DNA of 63,561 nucleotides, counting the filler, from Corallochytrium limacisporum Hawaii (Eukaryota > Protista > Pluriformea), in the NCBI GenBank assembly GCA_002811645.1. It is 8 parts of 8 records of this genome, joined end to end, with 100 filler letters (N's around TTAATTAATTAA, not from the genome) between each part and the next. Parts side by side here need not be neighbours in the genome. Positions count along the whole stretch, not along the records: positions 34,321 to 45,836 come from PDIP01000188.1; positions 45,937 to 52,563 come from PDIP01000077.1; positions 52,664 to 58,238 come from PDIP01000051.1; 5 more parts are not named here. One strand, given 5' to 3'. The notes beneath the pieces are model-generated. The model ran no database searches. It saw only the letters and a program-made list of their open reading frames with translations, and had not been told where the DNA came from. Within the stretch, counting starts at the first letter, position 1; every line of letters begins with the position of its first letter. A program made the translations under genes and the position numbers. Shown here piece after piece: positions 43,568 through 54,978 of this stretch.

Positions 43568-45765
43568 TTTGTCAGTTCTATTATTTCGACTCAGGAGCAA
43601 AGTCCCGGTTCTTTTAATGGCTCTTCAGTCCAACATGATATTCGATTTCTGATCACTTCCAGCGTCCTCAAACTTGGCTGTTTCTCCCGTGTATCGCCGT
43701 GGACTGCTTCGCTAAGTCGCTGTGTCACATGTGAATCCTGTCTAAACTGTTGCACCCCTTCGGTTCTTCTCATCCGAAGTAGCTTCACCCTTGATCGAGT
43801 CCGTGCCCCAAAAAACTCCTATCCTGCAAGAAGAAGTAAGAAAGCAAACCGATGGAGAACACCGTATCTTTATCATCATCGTCATCATCGATGAAACCAG
43901 CGGGCCCACGGACCACCTAAACGACCGCTCGGTCGAGAGGGAAGGGAAGGGTTTCGGTACGCAGCGGGATGATTCAACCCGGTCCCCTCCCCCTTCTCCC
44001 TCCCTCCGCAATCGATGGGCCAGTGTAGCTGCAGCCAAGGTCAAACTAACACCACCCGCAAGCGGGTCCGCAGTTTCTGTACCTAATAAACCGGAAAAAG
44101 TTATTGGTTTGGTTCCATTTTCCCCAATTTGCTTTTCCTCTGCCCGTCGTTCCGCTGCAGAGGGCAGACCCTGTCCCGCTCTTGGGCCTGCGCACCGTTG
44201 GCCGGTCGGCTGAGAGAGACAGAGCGCCGGGCTGGTCCCAGGGGGGCCGGTAACGAAGGGAGGAGGGAGGAGGGTTCAGGTCTCTTCAACTCTTCCCTTC
44301 CCTCTCTCCCTTTCCCTCTCTCTCTCTCACCCAACCCCAGCAGCCGGCCCCCGTTTCCCATCGATTTTCGATTGCTTGCAAGTGAGACTTTAATTGACTT
44401 TCCGTGTCGCCCATTTAACCTTTCCTTTTTCTTTTGCAATTTTCTTCCAACGCGACCTTCCCAGTCATTTTCTATAGAGTCTGAGTGCCCGTCCTTTGTT
44501 TCCCTCCATCCCTAACCTAAGGTGTATATATTTGGTCACCTTCCTTGGCCAAGGGAAGGGACACGGTTTCGGGTAGCGATGTGACTAGGTCTCCGAGTGA
44601 GGCCTCCTCTCCCGCTAACCCCCCTCCCCCAAAATTTGCTGCACAAAAAATGCCCAAACGGAGACTACTGCGCGAACACAGGCAAAAATCTCACCGCGAG
44701 ATTAAGCCTTTTGGAAGAAAAGGGACTGCCTTGCTGGCTGGCTGCCGTCGTGTAGTCACGGCCAAAAGGAAAAGGGCCCCCCAGAAATTTTCCCTCACCG
44801 CGGGCCCCGCGGCGGGTGCCTTACCAACCCCACACCCACTGCCCGCGGCTAGGCACACCGGCCCTCAGCCCCCCCTCCAATACTGGCCATTCCACCGAAA
44901 AAAAAAAACAAGAAGAGCAGGAAGGGTAGTATAAGAATGCAAAAAAAAAGCCAAAAAGAAAAGGAAAAACAAATCAAAAAAAAACTGCGCCAGTGGTGGT
45001 GGTGGTGCCTTTGGGAGTTTGGACCATGGCTGCTTTTGCCTTTTTATGGTGCCCATTCGGACGCCCGGCGGGGGACCCGAGGGATGATTTTGGGGGGGTT
45101 GAGTGCCGATGGAGGGAGTTACGGGGGCCGTGGGTGTTTTGGTACAGATGCGCGAAGACTCAGTACTTCAACTATGAAATACTAAGAACAATATTTTTTT
45201 CTCTTCTTGGCTGAGATAGAAGCTTGTGCTTGCGTGGCAGAGGTGCAAACGGGTCTCCAACCATTCTTTTCTTTTTTGGAAAAAAAAAAAGAAAAGAGAA
45301 ATAAATTTTCTTTGCTTTTCTTCGGTGGGCCCAAGGGGGGGGGGGGGGGGGGGGACCGGAAATGGGCGCATAGATTCCGCCCGCGATGATGATTGAGCTG
45401 GGAGCCAGTGTGGGACGAGACCTGGTGAGCTTTGTAAACCACCGCAGAATATTATCAGTTGCTTTGCGGTAGACTCAATCCCAGCGCTGGTGGTGCTGCA
45501 CACCCAAAACGTTCGAGAATAAAAAATACTGAAAATACAAAAAAAAACACCAAAGGACGAAAGGGAGAGGCCGGGGCCTGTTTGGGGGGGGGGAGGGCCT
45601 TATCTGGCGGAATGGGAAAGTGGTGGTGGGCAAGAGCCGGGGTGTGTTCCTGGACCTTTAAAGGGCGACCCAGGGAGGTCTGCTGACCAACCGTGTAAAT
45701 GGACTCTCTCTCTCTCTCTCTCTTCCCAGGTCGCTCCTAGGGCTTTCTTCTACCACCCAAAATCC

Positions 45766-45836
45766 TACCAACCTCTGCCCCATAAGTTAAGGAGGAATTT
45801 AGGTTTATAGGGTCGCAACCTTCTTTGAATCAAATA
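45766..45836 (+). mobile_element. Terminal inverted repeat, family A (left end)
   Basis: TA-CCAACCTCTG..., a 71-bp exact inverted match to 19019-19089. Confidence 0.75.
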
Positions 45837-46196
45837 NNNNNNNNNNNNNNNNNNNNNNNNNNNNNNNNNNNNNNNNNNNNTTAATTAATTAANNNNNNNN
45901 NNNNNNNNNNNNNNNNNNNNNNNNNNNNNNNNNNNNATGGCCCGTGTGGGGGGGGGCGGGGGAGAGCGCTGGGAGGGGAAGAAGAGGGAGGGAATGAGGA
46001 AACGAGCGATGGCCTACGCGCAGTCGGGGGGGAGGTGACAAGCGGGTCTCACATGGCCGTGGCAGGGCGACGGCTGTGGGCCTTCGTGGCTATTTCACAC
46101 CTTCGAAGGATTCTGTACTTGAAATGGTTTTGCGTGATATGATCTTCTACGACATGGGTTAATAAATGGGGAAAACCGGAACAATGATGATTGGAC

Positions 46197-48062
46197 ATGG
46201 TAGCCAATATCTACACAATGAGTAATACACTGGCACCGATGGCAAGGAGTCTGCACTGGCTCACCGTAGTAGAAAGACGGCCGCATTCATGGGGCCTGAT
46301 CCAACTGCGAAGTTTCCAATCTACGGCATGTGTCGCAACAAAGAGAAAACATGCAGAGCCCCTACCAAAGGTCCGGCGACAGAGCAGAAGTCGACGCCTA
46401 CGAGGGGTAACCTATGATGAAACCTCAGGCACAGTGGACGAGTACCAACTGAGGCAGGATGGTTGGCTATTCCCATTGTACGATCCCAACAAACCGCGGG
46501 CGGTGAAAAGTTGGAAAGCTAAATATTTGAAAAATGTCAAAGGATGGAAGGAGAAGGTGCAGACACGAATCAAGACTGCAGGGGCAGTGGAACCGGCGAC
46601 ACCGACGGCCTTCAGATCTCCTGGAAATTCTAGGGACGAAACTGCCTTGGCGGCACCCAATGCACCGGTCAGGAACGTCTCCTTTGCATCATTGTCACCT
46701 GAGATAGGCGGGGTAAGTTTGCGAGAAGATGTGTTGGAAGGACTGGTGAAGAGTGGCCTCAAAAACCCTACGAATGTACAGATGCGGGTCATCCCGGAAA
46801 TCCTCTCCCGTAAATCGGTGATCATAAATGCTGAAACAGGCAGTGGAAAAACCATTGCCTTTCTAGCCCCGATTCTAAGTTTGTTGGTGTCCGACACAAA
46901 GGACGCAGGACTCCTCGCCCGCCGTGGCTCGCCACGGGGTCTCATTCTCTCACCATCCGCAGAACTGGCCTCGCAGACCTATGACGTGGCCCGACCACTT
47001 CTCTACGCCACGCATACCACCTGTTTACGCCTTTTTGGCGGCACGAATCGTGCTGGACCACGCAAAGTTGCACAGCAATCCGCATACGACATGGTAATGG
47101 CAACCCCAGGGCGGCTCGTGGATATGGTAGATGAAGGCACGGTGAACTTCAACGATCTCAGCTACCTTGTTGTTGACGAAATTGATGCACTTATGGATGG
47201 CACGTATGGCACTCAGATCGGCCCCTTGATGAATGCTTTCCAAGAGCGGTACGAGAGAGGTGAGCTACAGGTTGTAGTTGCTGGTGCAACCATGCCTGCA
47301 GCGGTGTTGCAGGAGCTTCAGCGAAAACGATTCCTTGGACTGAAACTCGTAAAGACTGGTACTAGTGGCCGTCTGCTGCCGAATGTGCGGGAACAATTCC
47401 TGTCCGTGGTTGATAGGCAGGCGAAGATTCGTGCCCTTCTTGGTCTGATCCGTGCGAATCCCAGCGACATTTTTATGGTTTTTTGCAACAGTTCCGATTC
47501 TGCGCATGAGATTGAGAAGACCTTAAAGCGACACATTACCGCGGACACACTCGCACTTATGGGCTCCATGCCGCCAAGGGTACGAGCGGCAAAATTGGCC
47601 GCGTTCATGAACCTAGCAAACACAACTTCGCCGGCCCCTCGGCAGAATGGGGATCGGGGTAAGGAACATGTCCATCGTGTCCTCATTTGCACGGACCTGG
47701 CATCTCGTGGTCTTGATGTGTTGCCTGTAAACCACGTCGTCAACGTGGATTTTCCGAAGAATCCGCTCGACTATGTTCACCGCGTCGGACGCACTGGCCG
47801 GGCTGGTACCATGGGTCGGGCAACGTCACTTGTGACTAAGGCGGAGCAGGAAGCTGCTGCTGCACTCGTGCAGGCCAAACACGACGGTATGCACATTGTT
47901 GACGAACTGTACGATGCGGAGCCGGAAGTACCTCACGTACCGCCCCAGCACCAAGAGCGGGCAAGTTCGGATAGAATCCCTCCTGGTGCGGTGCCCATTC
48001 CTAATCCGTTCGTACCACAGACGAGCGAGGACCCCAACGGTGTCTTTTCGCAGGGCAAATGA
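46197..48062 (+). CDS. DEAD-box RNA helicase, probably mitochondrial (DDX28/Mrh4-like)
   Basis: Q motif PTNVQ, AETGSGKT, PSAELA, TPGRL, DEID, GAT, TDLASRGLD and HRVGRTGR, with an Arg-rich presequence-like N-terminus. Start uncertain (46197, 46218 or 46239). Confidence 0.85.
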   Translation: MVANIYTMSNTLAPMARSLHWLTVVERRPHSWGLIQLRSFQSTACVATKRKHAEPLPKVRRQSRSRRLRGVTYDETSGTVDEYQLRQDGWLFPLYDPNKPRAVKSWKAKYLKNVKGWKEKVQTRIKTAGAVEPATPTAFRSPGNSRDETALAAPNAPVRNVSFASLSPEIGGVSLREDVLEGLVKSGLKNPTNVQMRVIPEILSRKSVIINAETGSGKTIAFLAPILSLLVSDTKDAGLLARRGSPRGLILSPSAELASQTYDVARPLLYATHTTCLRLFGGTNRAGPRKVAQQSAYDMVMATPGRLVDMVDEGTVNFNDLSYLVVDEIDALMDGTYGTQIGPLMNAFQERYERGELQVVVAGATMPAAVLQELQRKRFLGLKLVKTGTSGRLLPNVREQFLSVVDRQAKIRALLGLIRANPSDIFMVFCNSSDSAHEIEKTLKRHITADTLALMGSMPPRVRAAKLAAFMNLANTTSPAPRQNGDRGKEHVHRVLICTDLASRGLDVLPVNHVVNVDFPKNPLDYVHRVGRTGRAGTMGRATSLVTKAEQEAAAALVQAKHDGMHIVDELYDAEPEVPHVPPQHQERASSDRIPPGAVPIPNPFVPQTSEDPNGVFSQGK

Positions 48063-48118
48063 ACTGGTCATTCTAGTTGCATTAAAGAACTATATTCCAT
48101 TACACTAACGCTGTTCTA

Positions 48119-50155
48119 CTAACCCATCTCTTCGTCGTAATCATCGTCATTGGATACATTGTCAACGTCAATATCGTCTGCGTGGCTCTCCGAAGCTGTG
48201 CGCTTACGTTTGTTCGCTTTGGACTGGCGAATCATTGCCTCGCGTTCAATCTTAAATTTTGGCACACTGGTGATATCTTTTCGCTCGACAGGTCTCCGGG
48301 CCAGCGCACGGCGCTGCTTTTTGTTCGGCGCCTTCAATCCGAGCATCCACTCCGGCACGTCGCATCCGCTAGACCGCATTACGTTCACAATCGACCGTAA
48401 ATTGACGGCATCGTCTCTAGTGAACAGAGTTACTGCCTTGCCAGGACGTCCATTGCGCCCGGTGCGACCGATACGATGGATGTAGCTGACAGGCGTCTGA
48501 GGAAAGTCATAATTGATGACCATGTTCACGCCCTTGAAGTCCATGCCCCGAGCCAGTAGGTCAGTAGTGACCAGGAACCAGAGTGCTCCGGTGCGGAACC
48601 GTTGAATGATGGCCTGTCGTTGGGCAGTAGTCTTGTCACTGTGGATGGCATCGACGTTCATGCCCTCCAACTTCAGTTCCTTTTCCAACTGTTTTGCACG
48701 GTCCACGCTCTGAACAAAGACGAGGATTGGAGGCCGCACACCCTCGGCAATAAGCTGCCGCATTTCCAATATTTTGCCGCTCTCATCTCCGCAGAATTTC
48801 AGCTGCTGATTAATGGTCACTGCTGCACCGTATCGCGCACCGACGGTAACGCGGATTGGATCCCGTAGAACTGTCCGTGCCAGCTCTTCTATGGCAGGCG
48901 GAAGAGTAGCACTGAATAGGGCACGCGTAACGCGCGGATGGGTGCAAGCACCGAGGATTGTGTCAACCTGTTCCAAGAAGCCGAGCTCAAACAGACGGTC
49001 GCCCTCATCAAAGACCAGCCATTCCACGTTAGTGAGATCAGCCCGACCTTCTTCCAGCATTTGCACCAGCAACAGTGGCGTGGTGATAATCAAGTCATGG
49101 TGACTGCCGTCAACGGTATCAGACCTGAAATTAGCCGTCTTTGCTGTGGAGCGTGTGATGAGATTAATGTGGAGTTTTCTTGCCTTGGCCAGAAGTTCGG
49201 CTTCATGGTGGATCTGTATGGCCAACTCCTTTGTCGGTGACACCACAACGGCACGCACACCACGGCTCTTTGATCGGGATAGTGAAGCCAGCAAAGGCAC
49301 AAGGAACGATGCCGTCTTTCCGGAACCTGTTGGTGAGATAGCCAGCAGTTCACGGTGGTTCAGCAGGGCTGGAATTGCCTGGCTTTGTATGGGCGTTGGC
49401 TCGATGTAACCCTTGACAGTGAGAATGTTGTTTGTGAGCCACTCGCAATCGGCATCATCCGCTTCAGTCTGCATCCATGCCAGTTCTTCCAGGAGACCAT
49501 CTATCGTTGTGCTGAGTTCGGCAAGTTTTGCCTTCCTCAATTCGGGGTTGTCAAGCAGGCCATCTTCATCCTCATCGTAATCTACATGCCTTGCTTTCTT
49601 ACTAGTCTTCTTCTTGCTGTGTTTTCTGCTGCTCTTTCGCTTCTTTCCGGTCTCCACATGCTTTCTCTCACTGACCAGACGCTTCAACGTTTTCTTCATC
49701 TTCTGAATGTGCTCAGCCCGCGCCTCTTCGAAACGCTCCGGAAGCTCAAGCCAGTCAACAAGGAGATCTGGAACTTCCTCGCCCTTCACCTTGATCTTCC
49801 GAGTGTGTCTCCGGTGGTTCATACTCTCTTCGGCGGTGGCAAAGACGGGTCCATCGTCCCCGTTCGCTGATTCATTGGTAGAGATTTTACGTTCGCGAAC
49901 TCCTCGCTTGAAATTCTCCACGATCTTGATGCCTTGATCTTGCTCTTCCGTCAGATCGACATGATCATCACGCTGATCTTTGAACTCTCCGAAAATATCC
50001 AATTCTTTAGCAAGGATTACAGCACTTGCTTTACCCTTCTGAGTGCTGCCCTTATGTCCACGGGGTTGTGCGGGATTCGAATTCTTGGCCTTTTTTGGCT
50101 TCTTCCCGAAGTGAAGACCTCCAGAAATTTTACGGAAGGCGGTCTGTAGATCCAT
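48119..50155 (-). CDS. ROK1: DEAD-box RNA helicase DDX52/Rok1
   Basis: MDLQTAFRKISGGLHF start, PTGSGKT, PTKELA, TTPLLL, DEGD, SAT, RPPILVFVQS, ARGMDFKGVNMVINYDFP and YIHRIGRTGR. Confidence 0.9.
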   Translation of the reverse strand: MDLQTAFRKISGGLHFGKKPKKAKNSNPAQPRGHKGSTQKGKASAVILAKELDIFGEFKDQRDDHVDLTEEQDQGIKIVENFKRGVRERKISTNESANGDDGPVFATAEESMNHRRHTRKIKVKGEEVPDLLVDWLELPERFEEARAEHIQKMKKTLKRLVSERKHVETGKKRKSSRKHSKKKTSKKARHVDYDEDEDGLLDNPELRKAKLAELSTTIDGLLEELAWMQTEADDADCEWLTNNILTVKGYIEPTPIQSQAIPALLNHRELLAISPTGSGKTASFLVPLLASLSRSKSRGVRAVVVSPTKELAIQIHHEAELLAKARKLHINLITRSTAKTANFRSDTVDGSHHDLIITTPLLLVQMLEEGRADLTNVEWLVFDEGDRLFELGFLEQVDTILGACTHPRVTRALFSATLPPAIEELARTVLRDPIRVTVGARYGAAVTINQQLKFCGDESGKILEMRQLIAEGVRPPILVFVQSVDRAKQLEKELKLEGMNVDAIHSDKTTAQRQAIIQRFRTGALWFLVTTDLLARGMDFKGVNMVINYDFPQTPVSYIHRIGRTGRNGRPGKAVTLFTRDDAVNLRSIVNVMRSSGCDVPEWMLGLKAPNKKQRRALARRPVERKDITSVPKFKIEREAMIRQSKANKRKRTASESHADDIDVDNVSNDDDYDEEMG

Positions 50156-50795
50156 TATGTGACTACGTTATGAATCTATGCAATGATCAATTGCTACTTC
50201 CATTTTCCTCGTTTGCAGATTTCCGATCCTTCAGTTCGCAATATGATTGTACCCTGGCCACACATGTGCGCAAGAGTCTTCTAATCACTAACAACGAAGG
50301 ACAAATAGAGAGCTTAATGCAGGTCCAAAAGTGACAACAGAGAAGTACCTGATGGTGAAGAACCTTTACACAATTTCGGTGTCACTGTACTTTGCGCAGT
50401 TGGTGACACTCACGTGGTGGTTTTGGTGGAGGGCGGGTACCCGCCGTCGCCCTGGACGGGAGGAGGGACTCGGGTGGTTTGGGAGGCGGGGGGGAGGGGG
50501 AGGGTGGCTCCCCCAGTGCAAGAGCCCGTCGGGACCCAGGGCGGAGGGGGGAGCCCGGAGTTTGCTCTCGATACATTTCATTTTTCTTTGTTTTGGTATT
50601 TGCTCGCGGGGCCTTGAAGGCCTACAATTCGGCACCATTTCGTTGTTGTGCCACTGTCGGATTTCAGGATTATATGACTTTAGATGGTCTGGTATATAAC
50701 TAGATTCGTTGATACATGCAGAGACTTGTGGGGATATATCACTGTATGACGAGCGATTACAATAGCTCCTGTTTATCATAGCACGAAAAGGAATC

Positions 50796-51620
50796 ATGAC
50801 GGGCCCGAATCTGACGGAGATTCGCGATGTGTGTGAGAGAGTCGCCCGTGCTGCGGGAGATATGATTGCTAAGGCAGCAAAAGAGGCCAAAAAGGTGGAG
50901 AGCAAGGATACCGCCATTGATCTGGTGACTGAGACTGACCAGGCTGTGGAAAAGTATGTCGCCGAGGAGCTGTCTTCTGCCTACCCGGACGCTAAGTTCA
51001 TCGGAGAGGAATCCGCCGCTGCAGGGGTCAAACAAGAGTTAACCGACGTCTTAACCTTCATCTGTGACCCTGTAGACGGTACCACCAATTTTGTGCATGC
51101 CTTCCCGCATTGTGCGGTATCGATCGCAGTGGCTTACGAGTCTCGTCCCGTGATCGGCATTGTCTACAACCCGCTCCGGGACGAAATGTTCAGTGCAATT
51201 GAGGGCCAGGGGGCCAGCCTTAACAACAATCCGATCAAAACCAGCGGTGAAACGAAGTTGGCCAAGTCCTTAGTCATCACAGAGTGGGGATCACGTCGCC
51301 AGCCTCAGTACATGGAGCCCTTGGTTGCAAACATGACAGCGATGGCGAAGGCATCACAAGGCATGCGGTGCATGGGTTCCGCCGCTCTGAATTGTTGTGA
51401 AGTGGCTGCTGCAAGAGCCGATGTTTTCTACGAGTATGGCATTCATTGCTGGGATTACGCTGCAGGTGCGGTGATCGCGAAGGAGGCGGGATGCCATGTC
51501 TGTGACCCGGACGGTAGTGCCGTGGATATTATGGCTCGACGCGTGATGGTGTCAAGTACAAAGTCAAATGCGGAAGAAGTGAGCAAACTGCTGTCACCTA
51601 TGATCTTTGAACGGGACTGA
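50796..51620 (+). CDS. IMPA: Inositol monophosphatase
   Basis: DLVTETD, FIGEES, DPVDGTTNFVH, GSAALN and WDYAAG motifs. Confidence 0.96.
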   Translation: MTGPNLTEIRDVCERVARAAGDMIAKAAKEAKKVESKDTAIDLVTETDQAVEKYVAEELSSAYPDAKFIGEESAAAGVKQELTDVLTFICDPVDGTTNFVHAFPHCAVSIAVAYESRPVIGIVYNPLRDEMFSAIEGQGASLNNNPIKTSGETKLAKSLVITEWGSRRQPQYMEPLVANMTAMAKASQGMRCMGSAALNCCEVAAARADVFYEYGIHCWDYAAGAVIAKEAGCHVCDPDGSAVDIMARRVMVSSTKSNAEEVSKLLSPMIFERD

Positions 51621-51674
51621 TCAAATAGTTTCAACTTCAATGCTTAAATTGAATAGCTGCTACATACATCTGTG

Positions 51675-52091
51675 TTATGAGTTTGTTTCATGCGCCTCTT
51701 CTAGTTCATCACCGCTGCCGAATGGCACGTCATAGTCATCATCGTTGCCGCTAAGGGCCGTCAAATCCCATGTGTTAGAGAAATTTCTGCTATACGTCAA
51801 CTGCATACCCGACTGGTCAACGAGACCACTGTCTACACTCTGGTCCTCGGATTCGCTGTCGGACAACCATTGGTGGCCTTCTGAACTGTCTCGTTCAATC
51901 GACTGTGCTGAAGTCCTCAAAGAATTCGCGGAAAACCGCGTCTGCAACAATCGCTGAGCCGCGTTTTCGTGTGCTGGTCCGGCAAGTAAAGAGTCTGAGA
52001 CGGCTCTCAGCCCAGAGTCGATGTTGTCATTGATTTCGATCCTCCCGATTCCTTCGGATAGGCGAAGATTCTCCTGTGAGTCTTCGTTCAT
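51675..52091 (-). CDS. Small acidic hypothetical protein
   Basis: 138-aa D/E/S-rich ORF converging on IMPase with a 54-bp gap, like other gene pairs here. It may have an extra 5' exon at 52126-52144. Confidence 0.55.
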   Translation of the reverse strand: MNEDSQENLRLSEGIGRIEINDNIDSGLRAVSDSLLAGPAHENAAQRLLQTRFSANSLRTSAQSIERDSSEGHQWLSDSESEDQSVDSGLVDQSGMQLTYSRNFSNTWDLTALSGNDDDYDVPFGSGDELEEAHETNS

Positions 52092-52663
52092 CACTGTATT
52101 CTATTTGTTTACAGCCAAATCATACCATTGTTAATCCGCCTCATAAGAACGTCTCGAACAGATAGCAAAGACCCCTTTGAAGGACTATTCCTTCGCAGCC
52201 ATTCCACAGCCAAAGAGGAAAAAGTACCTGCACCTGTCGGTCGGTAGACCCGTGCCCTTGGCGACTGAGCCCTTTTGAAGGGCCAAGGGGGGGGGCTGGA
52301 TGGGCGACGTAGTGGTCTCCCTACTTCCCTACACCTTCCCCCCCCCCTCTTTCCGATCCCTTTCGCTGCTTATATTGTTGGTACCCCTGGGCAGTTGTCG
52401 GAAAAAGAAGGAATACCAGCAGCACAACGGGAGAGAACCCAAACGCCCTCTCTTCCTCCGCTCCCGGTGTCTGGGTGTTAATTCAAAATAATAATATATT
52501 AGGTCTTCATCTTAGTCACGGGGAAAGGCGGCGGCCCCCGGCCCCTTGCTCCCCCGGGGGGGGNNNNNNNNNNNNNNNNNNNNNNNNNNNNNNNNNNNNN
52601 NNNNNNNTTAATTAATTAANNNNNNNNNNNNNNNNNNNNNNNNNNNNNNNNNNNNNNNNNNNN

Positions 52664-52754
52664 ATAAATAATCATATAAATCACGATCCGGTATATATTT
52701 TCGAACGAAAATTTTGGTTGGATACGGAGTATACATTCAACTCAGAGGATAGTA
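52664..52754 (-). mobile_element. Terminal inverted repeat, family B (right end)
   Basis: 52690-52757 is the exact reverse complement of 63494-63561. It ends ...CAGAGGATAG-TA. Confidence 0.75.
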
Positions 52755-53551
52755 CTTATTTTTTCATTTTCTCCTTGAAGTGATTAGGTTGGAACTCGGC
52801 TCTCACACCAAAGAAACCGGCCCAAAGGGGGAGAAGGAAAGACGGAGGGAAAAAGGGGAAAATACCAACTATTTTTATTTTCAATCTTTCGAATATATGC
52901 AGCATAACACTACGTACACACAAGGCATACGCATTTAACCCACCCATTTTTTCCCTTCTTCTCCATTTTTCCTTGTTTTGAATACTTTTGGAATGTAGGT
53001 AATCGGGAGTCAAATATTAACACGCGGGGTGGGGGGGAGAACCAGCGTGTTAGCTCGCGTGTTTGGTTCGATACTGAAAGTACAAGAGAAAAATTGCTTC
53101 ACTCTGTCATGGTAAAAAAATGGGGTAATTAAGTGACACACGAGCCCCAAAGGAGGAGGAATCAGGTCCGAGGTCATTCCCTGCACTCTCTCTTTAAAAG
53201 GGCCAAAAAAAAAAGAAAATACTAAACGGCAAAATAGCGCAGGGTTTTGCACCGCAGATGCACCACCGCACCGATGCGCTCGCACCACCCCCCCCCCCAA
53301 ATCGGCCGCCTATTACCAAGTAGGGCAAGTTCTACTTCCGTTCCCCCCACCCACCTCCCTTCTGCGTCGGTATTTTTTTGTCCCTTTCGTTTCAATTTTT
53401 TGGGGGGACCGTTGATTATTGGGTTTTTAGTTTTTCATTTTGGGGAATTGGGGGTTGGGGAATTGGGTTGACACACAGAGAAAAAAAGAGAGAGAGAGGG
53501 AGGGAGATTCCATCGTTCCCGGTGGTGGTAAGGGGGGGAGGGGGTTCCGGG

Positions 53552-53785
53552 ATGTGCAGCAGGCAAGACCCACTTTCCCAACTTCTTCAACCGGTGCCGG
53601 ATGATCACCTGACCAAGGCATTGAGCAGCATGCTGGTACAGCATCCACAAATGGTTATGTGTGCGTTGCAATTAGCAGACATGCCGCACAATATGGTCTT
53701 CACGTAAGGCACAGAGCATGCCGGCAAGTCCCTTGGATTTCCATCGACGGTGGTGCATGATGAGGGAATGGCACGCTGCCGGTGA
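53552..53785 (+). pseudogene. Coding-like relic, possibly the N-terminal part of a UBP1-associated (UBA2-type) RRM protein
   Basis: LSQLLQPVPDDHLTKALSSMLVQHP...LADMPHNMVFT*G resembles the LLEP...H...AD..P.+.+F..G segment that precedes the RRM. It stops in frame. Confidence 0.2.
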
Positions 53786-54978
53786 TCACTCCCCGCCTAA
53801 GACACGAGGAATTAACCAGTACATTTACTAAGCGTTATCCTTTTTCGGGTCGGTCCCAAGGAAGGAAGGGAGTGTGGAGAGGCGAGGCAGCAGGCAGGCA
53901 GCCAGCAAAGGCCAAAATAAAAAAACAAAAAAAAAATTGTGGGTGTTTTCCTTTTTGGCCGGGGAGCGATTGGTCCCGAGCAACAACAAAAAACGCAACG
54001 CACACCCCTCCCCTCCCCCTCCGGGGAGGACCAAAAGAGAAACCTTCTTCGATGCAAATTCACCGATGTATTTTCATTATAGAAAATGTCCTTGGAAGAA
54101 AAAGAAAATTGGAGGGCAGGGGCTGGAGAAGAAAATCTGCCCAGCGTGGGATGGGGGAACGGAAGGGAAGGAAAGAGGGGAGAGGGCCGGCGAAAGCAAC
54201 CGGGTTGCCCCGGTGTAAAGAAAGGAGAACGGAAAATTTGTGAAGCCACCCAATAATAAAAGAATTAAGAAAAAAAACGAAAATGAGGGTAAAAGGAACC
54301 GGCAACCAATCCTTCCCCCCCCTTCCCCCCCTCCCCACCTCCCCCACGAGACGGAACGAAGGGGGTGAGCCCAATCGATTTGATTATTGTTCCGTATTGA
54401 ACGTTCTGCCTGGTTTTGGTCCCGAGGACGAAATTTTCGGATTTTTATCTTTCGCTGGGGGGGTTTTTTAAACCTTTTTTTCTTTTATGGGTCGCCGTCT
54501 GTTTCGGTGTTCCCCCGATCAAAAGAAAAAAGGGGGGGGAGGGGGAAGGACCGGGCCCGGTCCGGTGGAGGGACTGTTTTTATCTCCGCTTCCGTACATT
54601 CACTATGGCCGAGCACACAGCAGACAGGGAGGAGAAGGGAGGGGGGGGGGCTGTTAGACTCTTAATCGCAATCTTCGGTCCAAAAGGTATGGCGAGGGAC
54701 GGCCCTCCACCCCCCGGGGGAGGGGTGAGAGAGGAAGAGAGAGAGGAAAGACAAGAGAAAATTTCGGTGGGGCGGTGTTGTCAAGGGAGCAAAACGGGAG
54801 TCTATTTTAACAGAACCCAAGCCCCAGGGTTGGGGAGTTGGGCGGGGCTGGACTGGACCCCCCCCTCTGCCGACTGGGCTGGCGGAGTGGTCTTGAGTGT
54901 GGCTGCTGTGCGACTTGGTGGGACAAATGGGATGAGTTTTGTCTTTTGATTTTATTATTCTGCGATATTGTCCTTTTC

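Noticed and set aside
53000-54900. Dense A/T/G/C homopolymer mosaic suggesting a structured element (also 44100-45700)
   Set aside because: No repeat unit or pairing was found, and it may partly reflect low-quality base calls next to long G/C runs.
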